Positions 40,467 through 50,284 are shown, numbered from the whole stretch's first letter. The stretch: DNA of 50,301 bases, filler included, from an uncultured virus (IMG/VR IMGVR_UViG_2061766007_003888) (5 parts of one record of this genome joined end to end with filler, not necessarily neighbours in it); one strand, 5' to 3'. Numbers and translations: made by a program. The notes: generated by a model not told the origin, from the sequence alone.

Positions 40467-40651
40467 TGTGACCTCTCTTGTTATGTCTATAATATAGAAA
40501 ANNNNNNNNNNTCCTGCTTGACGGACGGTTCGGGGTAGCGGTATCTTTCCGGTATTTCGAACATTGTGACCTCTCTTGTTATGTCTATAATATAGAAAAA
40601 TACCGACAAGAGGTAAACCCTTTTGCCGGTATAATTCCGGGTCGGGTCCCG

Positions 40652-40774
40652 TTACTTCTTCCTCGGTACGCGGGTGAAATCGGTCCTCGTGCTGAGGATG
40701 ACGGGCTTCACGGTCTCGATTCCGGTAACGAACTTCATACGGTCCATGACTTTCTTGGAAATGTTCCTGAACAT
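40652..40774 (-). CDS. Small basic protein, 40 aa
   Basis: AAGGAG RBS; MFRNISKKVMD. Confidence 0.55.
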   Translation of the reverse strand: MFRNISKKVMDRMKFVTGIETVKPVILSTRTDFTRVPRKK

Positions 40775-40795
40775 GTCTTGTCTCCTTTTGTCGGT

Positions 40796-41143
40796 TTACT
40801 TGAGAAATTCCACGTGGTTCTTGAACGCCTCGACGAGCTGGTCGTCATCGTAGAACGTATTGACTTCTTCCTTGCGGCCGTGCATGTATTCGTTATCGAA
40901 ATGCACGAACATGACGCGGCAGTTATCGAAGATACGGGCGTAGCACCTGTCGAACTGGAGGGTCATGGACCAGTTCTCGTAGCTGCCGGTCCTGACACGG
41001 TCTGTGAACACGTCCGGTTTCATCTCGTTGATTTCGGGAACGGCCACGGCGACTTCGGCATAATGTTTCAACCTTTCGAGTTCGTCCTGGTAGGACTTGA
41101 TCGCGCTCGTCATGCTGCGGGTATCGATTTCGATTTTGTTCAT
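40796..41143 (-). CDS. Hypothetical protein
   Basis: Promoter cassette. Confidence 0.8.
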   Translation of the reverse strand: MNKIEIDTRSMTSAIKSYQDELERLKHYAEVAVAVPEINEMKPDVFTDRVRTGSYENWSMTLQFDRCYARIFDNCRVMFVHFDNEYMHGRKEEVNTFYDDDQLVEAFKNHVEFLK

Positions 41144-41236
41144 ATATTGACCTCTCGTTTATATTCTAAATATAGAAAATTCGGAATAAACCGTAAATGC
41201 CCATATCTAGGAAAATTATCCCGGAAGGACCATGCC

Positions 41237-41539
41237 TTACTCCAGCCGGTCAAGTACGAGTTCCGTACCCATGTTTACCAGGGTTATCTCGGGCCTGTCG
41301 GAATCGAATACCGCCTCGATCCTCCGGGCTATTTTCGAGTTTCTCGGGATCTTGAAGCTCCATAGCCTTTCTACGCCTTTCCAGCAAGTGAGTATCGGCG
41401 GATGCTTCCTGGACTTGTCCCTGAAATAGGCGGCGCAGTCCAGTCCGACAGTCATGCCCTTGTCCGCGAGCGTACGGTTCATCAGGTCGAGCTTACGGGC
41501 GAACTCGTCGAGCCACATGTCGTACTCGGTACATGACAT
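41237..41539 (-). CDS. Hypothetical protein, ends LDRLE
   Basis: Operonic ORF. Confidence 0.75.
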   Translation of the reverse strand: MSCTEYDMWLDEFARKLDLMNRTLADKGMTVGLDCAAYFRDKSRKHPPILTCWKGVERLWSFKIPRNSKIARRIEAVFDSDRPEITLVNMGTELVLDRLE

Positions 41540-41544
41540 CGGGA

Positions 41545-41742
41545 TTACCCCACGAGGTTCCCGATGTTACCGACGATCCAGGTGGCGCCGTGTGCGATGT
41601 TGGACACGATTCCCGTGGCGAGCGCCACGATGGAATTCACCGACCCGCAGAAGGAGTTGGTCACGTGGCTGTTGGTAGTGAAAGCCCCGATGAGGAACAG
41701 AACGACCACTACGACGATGATGACTTTGATTTTTGTATCCAT
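41545..41742 (-). CDS. Small membrane protein
   Basis: N-terminal TM segment; promoter cassette. Confidence 0.75.
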   Translation of the reverse strand: MDTKIKVIIVVVVVLFLIGAFTTNSHVTNSFCGSVNSIVALATGIVSNIAHGATWIVGNIGNLVG

Positions 41743-41946
41743 GGTTGACCTCCGGTTGATTATACCTATAATATAGAAAATCCGGATGTAATATGTTCGA
41801 AAACATTATAATATTTTATTCCGGCATACCCGTATTATATTATAGTCTCGCGGGTACGCCGAATAAAAATCGACATTAAAAAGGGCTTACAAGATATTCA
41901 GAATTTACTATATTATAATCATCAACAGCAATCAAAGAGGTCAGAC

Positions 41947-42213
41947 ATGATTACTTCCTTCAGCTACACCAACGCCAAGGGCGAAACCGCAACCCGTATC
42001 TGCAACGTTGTCCATGAAAGCGAAACCGAAATCCGCGGCTTCGACTACAACAAGCTCGACCAGTCCGAGCAGGAAACCGTCAACAAGGTCTACAACCCGA
42101 TGCGCAAGCCCACGCCCGTGCCGACCGTCAAGGCCTCCAAGATGACCGCGGCCGACTACGAGGAACTCGGCATCAGCAAGGACATCTTCGTCAAGGCCTA
42201 CAGAATCTTCAAG
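41947..42213 (+). CDS. WYL/SH3-like small protein, partial
   Basis: FSYTNAKGETATR..V....IRGFD ... YRIFK. Confidence 0.5.
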
Positions 42214-42257
42214 NNNNNNNNNNNNNNNNNNNNNNNNNNNNNNNNNNNNNNNNNNNN

Positions 42258-42269
42258 TTAATTAATTAA
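42258..42269. other. Artificial scaffold linker
   Basis: TTAATTAATTAA between N runs. Confidence 0.95.
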
Positions 42270-42313
42270 NNNNNNNNNNNNNNNNNNNNNNNNNNNNNNN
42301 NNNNNNNNNNNNN

Positions 42314-42510
42314 CCGCCGATTGCGTATATGTATACCTGATACGCGACAAGTGGCTGGTAGCGTGTACCGAGGCCGGGCGCGGGCTGAACAGCGATAACC
42401 CGCACAGGATTATCGTACTCGATTTCGACGGGCTGATGCGCCTGCTCAGGGGCGGCGAGATGGCGTACAACAACATGGAGAACGAGCTCGTACTGGAGGA
42501 ACTGCGATGA
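42314..42510 (+). CDS. Family A fragment, ends NELVLEELR
   Basis: WLVACTE..FDGLMRLL. Confidence 0.6.
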
Positions 42511-42576
42511 ACTGCGAACTTATTTTTTGGCATATTTCGGCATATGATAAATAAGGACGACCTGGNNNNNNNNNNA

Positions 42577-42835
42577 AAGCCCGCGCGAATGGTATTCGAT
42601 AAACGGCCTGGAAATATCTATCGAAGCCGAACGCGGCAGCGGTGCCGGTGCCGTATTTGTCTACCTGACGCGCGACCAGTGGCTGGTGGCGTGTACCGAA
42701 TTCGTGTGCAGCTCGAACGATAACCCGCACGAGGTTATTATAATCAATTTCGACAGGCTGATGCGTTTAATCAAGGGAGGCGAGATGGCGTATATCAATA
42801 TCGTGAACGAGCTCGTCCTGGAGGAACTGCGATGA
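42577..42835 (+). CDS. Family A fragment, ends NELVLEELR
   Basis: Paralog of the previous fragment; ATGA-coupled to 42832. Confidence 0.6.
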
Positions 42836-43179
42836 ACGATGTCCCTGTCATGTACGAGCAGGTCGATCGGCAGCTGCGCCATTACGGGTGGGCGTACAGG
42901 TTCACCGGGTATACAGACGATTCGCACGACTATGCGAGGGACGGGTATGCCGTTATCGTATTCGTGAATCCCACCGGCCGGGAAGTACGCAATATGTCGC
43001 TGGTCAACGAGTGTGAGAACACGGCTAACTATTATATCATGACGACCGACGAAAAAAGCGGGCTGTTCGATACGAAGGTACCGTACCTGGCGTTCATGGA
43101 TACTGTGTGCGGCGAAAGCAACAGAATGTCCATGCGTATCGAGAACGTGAAAAACCTGATGGCGCTGGAAGGGCTGTAA
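42832..43179 (+). CDS. Family A protein, ends LEGL
   Basis: LRHYGW..YARDGY..RIENVKNLMALEGL. Confidence 0.8.
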   Translation: MNDVPVMYEQVDRQLRHYGWAYRFTGYTDDSHDYARDGYAVIVFVNPTGREVRNMSLVNECENTANYYIMTTDEKSGLFDTKVPYLAFMDTVCGESNRMSMRIENVKNLMALEGL

Positions 43180-43494
43180 TGTTCGTAATGTCAAACTACA
43201 ACTTCGAGTTATGGAAACGGCTGGACAGGGAAGTCACCGGGGCCGGGTTCAGCCAGGATACAGAGGTCGGTACGGCCTATTCGACATGGCACCCGGGCCA
43301 GCGATACGCGAAGGGAGGGTTTTTCCTGGCAATCGACATGGAAGGAATCAATTACGACGGGGCGGTAGCGCTGTGGGACTGTGAAGGCCGCGAGGTATGT
43401 TCCGCGGTGGTCTCGCGGGGTTCCGGCAAGATACTGCCCCTGAAGAAGATAATCCCGCTTGACAGGTTCATGCACGTCATATCGATGCCGCCGG
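43179..43494 (+). CDS. Family A protein, partial (tail ending LEEL at 45532..45717)
   Basis: TAATG coupling; overlapping fragments. Confidence 0.7.
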
Positions 43495-43504
43495 NNNNNN
43501 NNNN

Positions 43505-43867
43505 TACGGTTTCGGTTTCCCAATTCGCGAGTACGGTATATACGTTACGCGGTTCTCCCTTGATTATTTCCGTTATTATTTCCGTCGTTATTCCTGAATA
43601 TCTATTGGTATTGCAACCTTCCTTCGATGTCGCCAAATAACGGCCATCGAGCTGGTCAGTCGAAAAGTTGTCGTCTATTATGTTGACATGTGTCACTGTC
43701 GTATCAGACATTCCAGTTTCGAGTTTATCGTAATACACGTATAACCACAAATTTTCCTTGATGAACAGCGTATATGACTTGCGATCGCGCAGGTCTTGGA
43801 ATTTGCTTTGTTCCCAGCCGTTTTCCGTCAACAGTTTTTTCACTTGCGACAATGTCCCGATATGCAT
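43505..43867 (-). CDS. Family A protein, partial
   Basis: LTENGW..FIKENL..YLATS. Confidence 0.75.
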
Positions 43868-43915
43868 CCTGTAATCCCCTATGCGCGCCTCCAGCGTACT
43901 CTACCATAATAGTAA

Positions 43916-43977
43916 AATATAGTATATATCGCTAGACCCGTCAACCCGTTTACGGAAACGACGGATTTTGCTATATT
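43916..43977. promoter_or_regulatory. Divergent back-to-back promoter pair
   Basis: TTGACG..TATATT on - and TTTACG-17-TATATT on +. Confidence 0.75.
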
Positions 43978-43984
43978 CCGGTAT

Positions 43985-44377
43985 ATGAGACATGATAGAC
44001 ACCCGGAACTACTGTCATTGATGAATTTACAGTCAAGGTTCGAACGCCTGGCCGCGAAGATGTACGGCGTCAATAAGAGCGATACTGTTAACTTCTACAG
44101 CTTGATCCAGGTGGACGGCCCGCTTATCGTGTCGCTCGGCGTACCCCATCCGGAACATGGATATTACGACTGCTGGGCAATCGAGTGCGTCGTCGATGAC
44201 GAAGATGGAATATTCAGATTACGCCTACAGAATTCACCGAAAAGATATTTCCCGTGCCCACAAGAACCGGAAGACGTCCTGAAGGAAATGGAAAAATACC
44301 GCCAGAACTTCCTGCATAAAGGCTACCGCAACATGATCAATAACATGAATGAAAAAATACTGGACGTACTGGACTGA
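43985..44377 (+). CDS. Family B protein, leaderless, ends LDVLD
   Basis: YG..CW..MEKYRQNFLHKGY. Confidence 0.85.
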   Translation: MRHDRHPELLSLMNLQSRFERLAAKMYGVNKSDTVNFYSLIQVDGPLIVSLGVPHPEHGYYDCWAIECVVDDEDGIFRLRLQNSPKRYFPCPQEPEDVLKEMEKYRQNFLHKGYRNMINNMNEKILDVLD

Positions 44378-44386
44378 GGCGGAACG

Positions 44387-44812
44387 ATGAAAGACAAGTT
44401 GGAAAGACTCGAGAAACGATGCATGAAGGAAATCGACCGGCTTTACGGCAATACCGACCTATATTACTACGAGGTATTTATTACGCCGAACCCCAATGAC
44501 AGATTCCTGATAATAAAGTTCGCCGTCATAGATCCGGAAAACCCAAAATACCTGTGCTGGCAAGCCAGGGCGGAAGTACGTCTGTCGAAGAGAGGGAACG
44601 TCATATACGCGACGAGGATACCGTCGAACGAAAAGCCCGCATACAGGAAAGACGGTACCTTCGACGACGGCGTACGGTATATCGACCACCCGGCGAATCT
44701 GAAGCAGACACTGGAAAAACTCGAAAGCTATAGGCAGCACTATCTCCGTACTGGCTACAGGATGCTCCTGAACGAGAATATCGAACAGGCGCTTGATTAC
44801 CTACCCGGCTAG
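44387..44812 (+). CDS. Family B protein, ends LDYLPG
   Basis: YG..CW..LESYRQHYLRTGY. Confidence 0.85.
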   Translation: MKDKLERLEKRCMKEIDRLYGNTDLYYYEVFITPNPNDRFLIIKFAVIDPENPKYLCWQARAEVRLSKRGNVIYATRIPSNEKPAYRKDGTFDDGVRYIDHPANLKQTLEKLESYRQHYLRTGYRMLLNENIEQALDYLPG

Positions 44813-44823
44813 GCGATATCGCC

Positions 44824-45519
44824 TTACAGTGCGTCTAAAGCCTGTTCTATTACGGTATTCGAGACCATAGCGCGGACATTGACCATGTCGCCGAGAACTA
44901 TCCTTACGGCGTTCCCGATGGATATGCCCGTACCCAGGTACCGGTTNNNNNNNNNNNNNNNNNNNNNNNNNNNNNNNNNNNNNNNNNNNNNNNNNNNNNN
45001 NNNNNNNGTAATTCACGTAAAGCAACATATGGCCGTTCTTGTATACCCGATAATATTCGGGATAGTTCGATTTATCCGACTCCCACCCGTGCCTTAAGAG
45101 CATGCCTTCCAGGCACGCGAGCGAATACCTGTCGTATTCCCAGANNNNNNNNNNATAATTCACGTAAAGCAACATATGACCGTTCTTGTATACCCGATAA
45201 TATTCGGGATAGTTCGATTTATCCACCTCCCACCCGTGCCCTAAGAGCATGCCTTCCAGGCACGCGAGCGAATACCTGTCGTATTCCCAGANNNNNNNNN
45301 NCGCGTCTAAAGCCTGTTCTATTACGGTATTCGAGACCATGGCGCGGACATTGGCCATGTCGCCGAGGACTATCCTTACGGCGTTCCCGATGGATATGCC
45401 CGTACCCAGGTACCGGTTTTTATCTTCAGGAGTATTATTGGTCGTCATGACGCAACGGCTGTCGTTCCAGTAACGGGTATCGTTGAGGTACAAGCTCGTC
45501 ACGTCGCCGTCCCTCATGT
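44824..45519 (-). CDS. Family A protein in fragments (start MKNFWEY at 49997 +), ends LDAL
   Basis: LLGHGW..YKNGHM; overlapping variant pieces. Confidence 0.6.
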
Positions 45520-45713
45520 CNNNNNNNNNNCGCGCTGTGGGACTGTGAAGGCCACGAAGTATGTTCCGCGGTTGTCTCGCGGGGTTCCGGCAAGATACTG
45601 CCCCTGACGAAGATAATCCCGCTTGACAGGTTCATGCACGTCATATCGATGCCGCCGGAAAAGATATCCATGGCGGCGGAGAACTGCCTGAACGAGATGG
45701 CACTGGAAGAACT

Positions 45714-46079
45714 ATGATACTGTCAGAGATTTACGACACGCTGGCCGATAACGGGTGGAAATGTACAACAAGTGAACCAGATACGCCGCTGTATATACCG
45801 AAAGTATTTGTAAAAGAACATTTCTATATCGTCGTAACAGTTTTTATGCTTGCGGACATGGGCATACGACTCGTGATGTACGACGGAGATATTTCTACTA
45901 AAACGGCATACCTGCTGGCGACAGCCAGCAACGAGAATGTCCCGGATAGTCTTAAGTTATATAAAGAAAATAAAGAAATACCGTTTGAGAAATTTATATC
46001 GCTTATCAGCGAGGATATTTCACAAATACCGATAGCGGCCGGTAACTATGTAACGGAGAAACTGCTGGAGACACTATGA
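45714..46079 (+). CDS. Family A protein, ends LETL
   Basis: LADNGW..FVKEHF..LLATAS; ATGA coupling. Confidence 0.85.
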   Translation: MILSEIYDTLADNGWKCTTSEPDTPLYIPKVFVKEHFYIVVTVFMLADMGIRLVMYDGDISTKTAYLLATASNENVPDSLKLYKENKEIPFEKFISLISEDISQIPIAAGNYVTEKLLETL

Positions 46080-46420
46080 CGGATTATTTCGGTATAATAA
46101 CTAAATATTTTGACGACAAGCTGGAATACAGGAACGGTTTCTCGAGCCGGTATCTTATTTGCGATACGGTTGTCCTGTGGGATTCCTACCATAAGAATAT
46201 GTGTATCGGAGCCGCTTGTAATTCATATTGGGGTTTTGTTTACAAAGCTCCTTACGCCAGACTATATATCGTGTCGGACAAGCTAGAGCCGGAGGATCTT
46301 GACCCGAGCAAATCTCTGACTATATATATGGACGATATTTGCAAGGCTATCGCTGCCGGCGGCATTACCGGGCTGTCCGCACTGTATGACGTATTGTACA
46401 TGGAGAAGACGCTCCAATGA
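46076..46420 (+). CDS. Hypothetical protein
   Basis: ATGA coupling at both ends. Confidence 0.75.
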   Translation: MTDYFGIITKYFDDKLEYRNGFSSRYLICDTVVLWDSYHKNMCIGAACNSYWGFVYKAPYARLYIVSDKLEPEDLDPSKSLTIYMDDICKAIAAGGITGLSALYDVLYMEKTLQ

Positions 46421-46791
46421 TTCCGTTACTTGCGTACAGGGTAGATTCGGTCTACGACGAGCTGATGCGTTACGGATGGGCACTGATGGACGCGCAGCGG
46501 GCCGGTACGCAGGCAGGGATGGGATTAGAATACTTGTTCAGCGGCGGCGGATTCGATATCTCATTAGTGCAGGCAGATACAGGCAAGTATTTTATTAGGA
46601 TATATAACTATCCGGAAACCATACATTGTCGCCGTATAATAGCGGTTTCGGATACAGTTCCTTCTCATCCATGGGCGGCGATTTTACGGATTTCGACCGG
46701 CGACATGATTAGGTTGCTGTACGGGGACCCGTTGACTTTCGGGTTGCGGCTGGAACAGTATAAGGTTGAGACAGCGCTGGATGAATTATAA
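46417..46791 (+). CDS. Family A protein, ends LDEL
   Basis: LMRYGW..RLEQYKVETALDEL. Confidence 0.8.
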   Translation: MIPLLAYRVDSVYDELMRYGWALMDAQRAGTQAGMGLEYLFSGGGFDISLVQADTGKYFIRIYNYPETIHCRRIIAVSDTVPSHPWAAILRISTGDMIRLLYGDPLTFGLRLEQYKVETALDEL

Positions 46792-46842
46792 CAGGGCCGG
46801 AGACTTACGACTACAGTTTATTGGTTACGGCGCCGTATATGA

Positions 46843-47247
46843 TTATTCCAGCGCCCCCAGTATTTCCCGCAGTTCCGTTTTCCTGCTTTTCGCGTACAGT
46901 CGCCTGACGCAGCGCTGCCTGAGCTCTTCGGCGCGGTCTAGCAGTTCGTACAGCGAGTCGAATCTTTCGATACCGCGGGTTTTCGCCTCGGAGGACGTGT
47001 TGGTCACGACTCGGAGCTCGTGTGGTTTACGGTCACCATCATAGATTTTCAGGGTCGCCGACCAGCATATGTTATTATGGTTGTCGAACGTCTGTATCCA
47101 TGCGGAAGCGTAGTCGTAGTTCGTCCAGTGTTCGACATGGTACGTGAAATTGTCAAACTGGCACCACCGTGTCAGTTTTTTACTGCGTTCCGCAAGTTCT
47201 CGCGAGACACGGATGTAATTCTTGTCTAGTTCTTCTTTTTTATTCAC
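46843..47247 (-). CDS. Family B-like protein (GTG start), ends LGALE
   Basis: ICW..ELLDRAEELRQ; GTGA coupling. Confidence 0.75.
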   Translation of the reverse strand: MNKKEELDKNYIRVSRELAERSKKLTRWCQFDNFTYHVEHWTNYDYASAWIQTFDNHNNICWSATLKIYDGDRKPHELRVVTNTSSEAKTRGIERFDSLYELLDRAEELRQRCVRRLYAKSRKTELREILGALE

Positions 47248-48137
47248 GGAAGTTCCTCTATGACTTTCGCGTTCATCATGTTCTCCAGCCTCATCCGCAG
47301 AGTGTTCGCGGGACCTCGGACTACCCGTACGAAGTCCTCGAACGGCATGTTGGTGTACCTGAACACTTCGTTGTTACAGGTCGTCGCGACATAGTGAAAT
47401 AGGGAAGCGGGTCCTATGTCCGTGTCGGTCAGGTCGAGACGGAACACCCGGTGGCCCTCGTAGTATACCGTCACGCACATGTTCCCCGACGTGTACTGCC
47501 TGGCAAANNNNNNNNNNNNNNNNNNNNNNNNNNNNNNNNNNNNNNNNNNNNNNNNNNNNNNNNNNNNNNNNNNNNNNNNNNNNNNNNNNNNNNNNNNNNN
47601 NNNNNNNNNNNNNNNNNNNNNNNNNNNNNNNNNNNNNNNNNNNNNNNNNNNNNNNNNNNNNNNNNNNNNNNNNNNNNNNNNNNNNNNNNNNNNNNNNNNN
47701 NNNNNNNNNNNNNNNNNNNNNNNNNNNNNNNNNNNNNNNNNNNNNNNNNNNNNNNNNNNNNNNNNNNNNNNNNNNNNNNNNNNNNNNNNNNNNNNNNNNN
47801 NNNNNNNNNNNNNNNNNNNNNNNNNNNNNNNNNNNNNNNNNNNNNNNNNNNNNNNNNNNNNNNNNNNNNNNNNNNNNNNNNNNNNNNNNNNNNNNNNNNN
47901 NNNNNNNNNNNNNNNNNNNNNNNNNNNNNNNNNNNNNNNNNNNNNNNNNNNNNNNNNNNNNNNNNNNNNNNNNNNNNNNNNNNNNNNNNNNNNNNNNNNN
48001 NNNNNNNNNNNNNNNNNNNNNNNNNNNNNNNNNNNNNNNNNNNNNNNNNNNNNNNNNNNNNNNNNNNNNNNNNNNNNNNNNNNNNNNNNNNNNNNNNNNN
48101 NNNNNNNNNNNNNNNNNNNNNNNNNNNNNNNNNNNNN

Positions 48138-48525
48138 TGTGAGAGCCGACACGATCGCCGGGTACATGTACGGCGGGGATTTCGACAATCCGCTGCACAC
48201 CTACTCGTCGTACTTCGCAGCGTACAATAACTATATAGTGGTGCGTATCGGCGTCGACGATCCCGTACGGGAAAACATGTTCTGCTGGACCGTGATCGGG
48301 GAGATCCACCTCGAGGGCGTGCCCAGGTACTTCGTGAGGCTCCCGCAGTCCGAGCGCTCCGGATGGGTTAACGGCAAGTACGACAACGGCGTGAGGGAAC
48401 TGCCGTGCCCGCAGGACGTCGCTGGCATGCTGGAGACCATGGAAACATACAGGAAGGAGTTCCTCCGTACGGGCTACATGGAAATCGTCAACAGGGAAAA
48501 CATGAAGATACTGGAGGCGCTGTAA
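48138..48525 (+). CDS. Family B protein, partial (N-terminus at 50068..50284 -), ends LEAL
   Basis: YGG..CWTVIG..METYRKEFLRTGY. Confidence 0.8.
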
Positions 48526-48892
48526 TGTGGCAGTACTCGAAACTGGAAGGTGTCAGGGACGAGCTCCGCCAGCTGGCGAAGTCCGCGTACGGCGACTTCG
48601 GCGGAGACATGAACACGTTCGCGACGGTCGTGTCGCACTATCCCATAAGGCCCCGGGTCAAGGCCGAGCTCGCGGTAATCCACCCGTCGGACACGAGGAT
48701 GAACTGCTACGTCGTGATCGGCGAGGCGTACTTCGACGACGGCGAGTCGGAACCCAGATACGCGGTCAGGCAGATGTACTTCGCAGGCGGGACATACCCG
48801 CTGAAATCGGATGACATAGTCCGGACAGAACCGGTACCGCTGGGACACGCCAGCCCGGAAGGCCTGTTCGCCGAAATGGAACGGCTCAGGAA
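48525..48892 (+). CDS. Family B protein, partial
   Basis: TAATG coupling; AYG..HP..CYVVIG. Confidence 0.75.
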
Positions 48893-49185
48893 NNNNNNNN
48901 NNTGCGCTGATCACGTTCAGCAGCCTCATGTAGTCGCCACGCAGGTATTCCCGCCTGTACGCCTCCATCTTGTCGACCATCTCCAACGCCGACGATACAT
49001 CAACTGAACCGACGAGGGTGTTACCCCATACGTGGTACTTCGGTGACATGTCCGGGTTCAGCGACACCTGCCCGACCGTACGGTACACAGCGTACCCTAC
49101 CACCGGGTGCATGACGGATATGACGTACGTCATGGCGGGGTCGAGGTCCCAGCCGGAATCGTACGACTCGTAGACNNNNNNNNNN

Positions 49186-49590
49186 CGCGCTGATCACGTT
49201 CAGCAGCCTCATGTAGTCGCCGCGCAGGTATTCCCGCCTGTACGCCTCCATCTTGTCGACCATCTCCGACGCCGACGATACGTCAACTGAACCGGCGAGG
49301 GTGTTGCCCCATACGTGGTACTTCGGTGACATGTCCGGGTTCAGCGACACCTGCCCGACTATACGGTACACAGCGTACCCTACCACCGGGTGCATGACGG
49401 ATATAACATACGTCATGGCGGGGTCGAGGTCCCAGCCGGAATCGTACGACTCGTAGACGCAGGTAGTATCGCCGAGGACGTTTTTGTACTTGGCGGTAAT
49501 CTGGTCGTCGATTTCCTTTATGTACTTGCGGAGACTGAGGCGCAGTACCCTCGGATCCCGTGGCTGGATTTGCTGTATTTCCTTGGACAT
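49186..49590 (-). CDS. Family B protein, leaderless, partial (variant at 48903..49175)
   Basis: MEAYRREYLRGDY. Confidence 0.75.
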
Positions 49591-49597
49591 ATACGCG

Positions 49598-49659
49598 AAT
49601 ATAGCAAAATTCCCCAGTTCCGTAAACGGGTTGACGAATCTGGTGTTTTATTCTATATT
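49598..49659. promoter_or_regulatory. Divergent promoter pair, inverted paralog of 43916..43977
   Basis: 19-bp identical core at 49618..49636. Confidence 0.75.
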
Positions 49660-49667
49660 CCGGTAAT

Positions 49668-50000
49668 ATGGCGAAGAAGAGAGTATATACGGCAGAATAC
49701 GTTAAAAATGTCCTTACCAGGGCCGGTTGGAAATATGCATCCCGTATCTATGTCAGGGACGGGTACGGGATCAGCTACCATTGCGTTTCCGGACAGGTAA
49801 CTGCGCTGACCATGTATACGACCGACCGGTGGGTGGCCACGACGATGGCAGGTTTCAAAGACTCGACCTCGATGAAGTTTGACCATTACGGGATACCCGT
49901 AGGCGTGATGCTCGACGCGGCCTGTTCCGGCGGCAACGGGCAGATGGAAATAAAAATCGCCAATTATTCGAACATGCGCACCCTGGAGTCGCTAGGATGA
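49668..50000 (+). CDS. Family A protein, leaderless, ends LESLG
   Basis: LTRAGW..YVRDGY..WVATT. Confidence 0.8.
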   Translation: MAKKRVYTAEYVKNVLTRAGWKYASRIYVRDGYGISYHCVSGQVTALTMYTTDRWVATTMAGFKDSTSMKFDHYGIPVGVMLDAACSGGNGQMEIKIANYSNMRTLESLG

Positions 50001-50067
50001 AGAATTTCTGGGAATACGACAGGTATTCGCTCGCGTGCCTGGAAGGCATGCTCTTANNNNNNNNNNA

Positions 50068-50284
50068 GCCCGCCCTCGAGGTGAATCTCCCCGATCACGG
50101 TCCAGCAGAGCATGTTTTCCCGTACTGGATCGTTGACGCCGATACGCACCCCTATATAGTTATTGTACATTGAGAAGTACGACGAGTAGCTGTGCAGCGG
50201 ATTGTCGAAATCCCCGCCGTATATGTACCCGGCGATCGTGTCGGCTCTCATGGCTTCCTTCTCGAGGATGTCGCGCCCCGTCAT
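50068..50284 (-). CDS. Family B protein N-terminus (allele of 48138)
   Basis: ATGA-coupled to an upstream gene ending ALEVLE. Confidence 0.7.

Noticed and set aside
11400..41950. CRISPR array or true integron
   Set aside because: Repeats are degenerate promoter motifs separated by whole genes; no cas genes, integrase or attC structure seen
8234..42313. TTAATTAATTAA palindromes as biological sites
   Set aside because: Always embedded in N runs; a six-frame stop linker used to join scaffolds
42314..50056. Family A as HicA toxins of toxin-antitoxin pairs
   Set aside because: The catalytic G-S-H motif is absent and no HicB-like partner is seen
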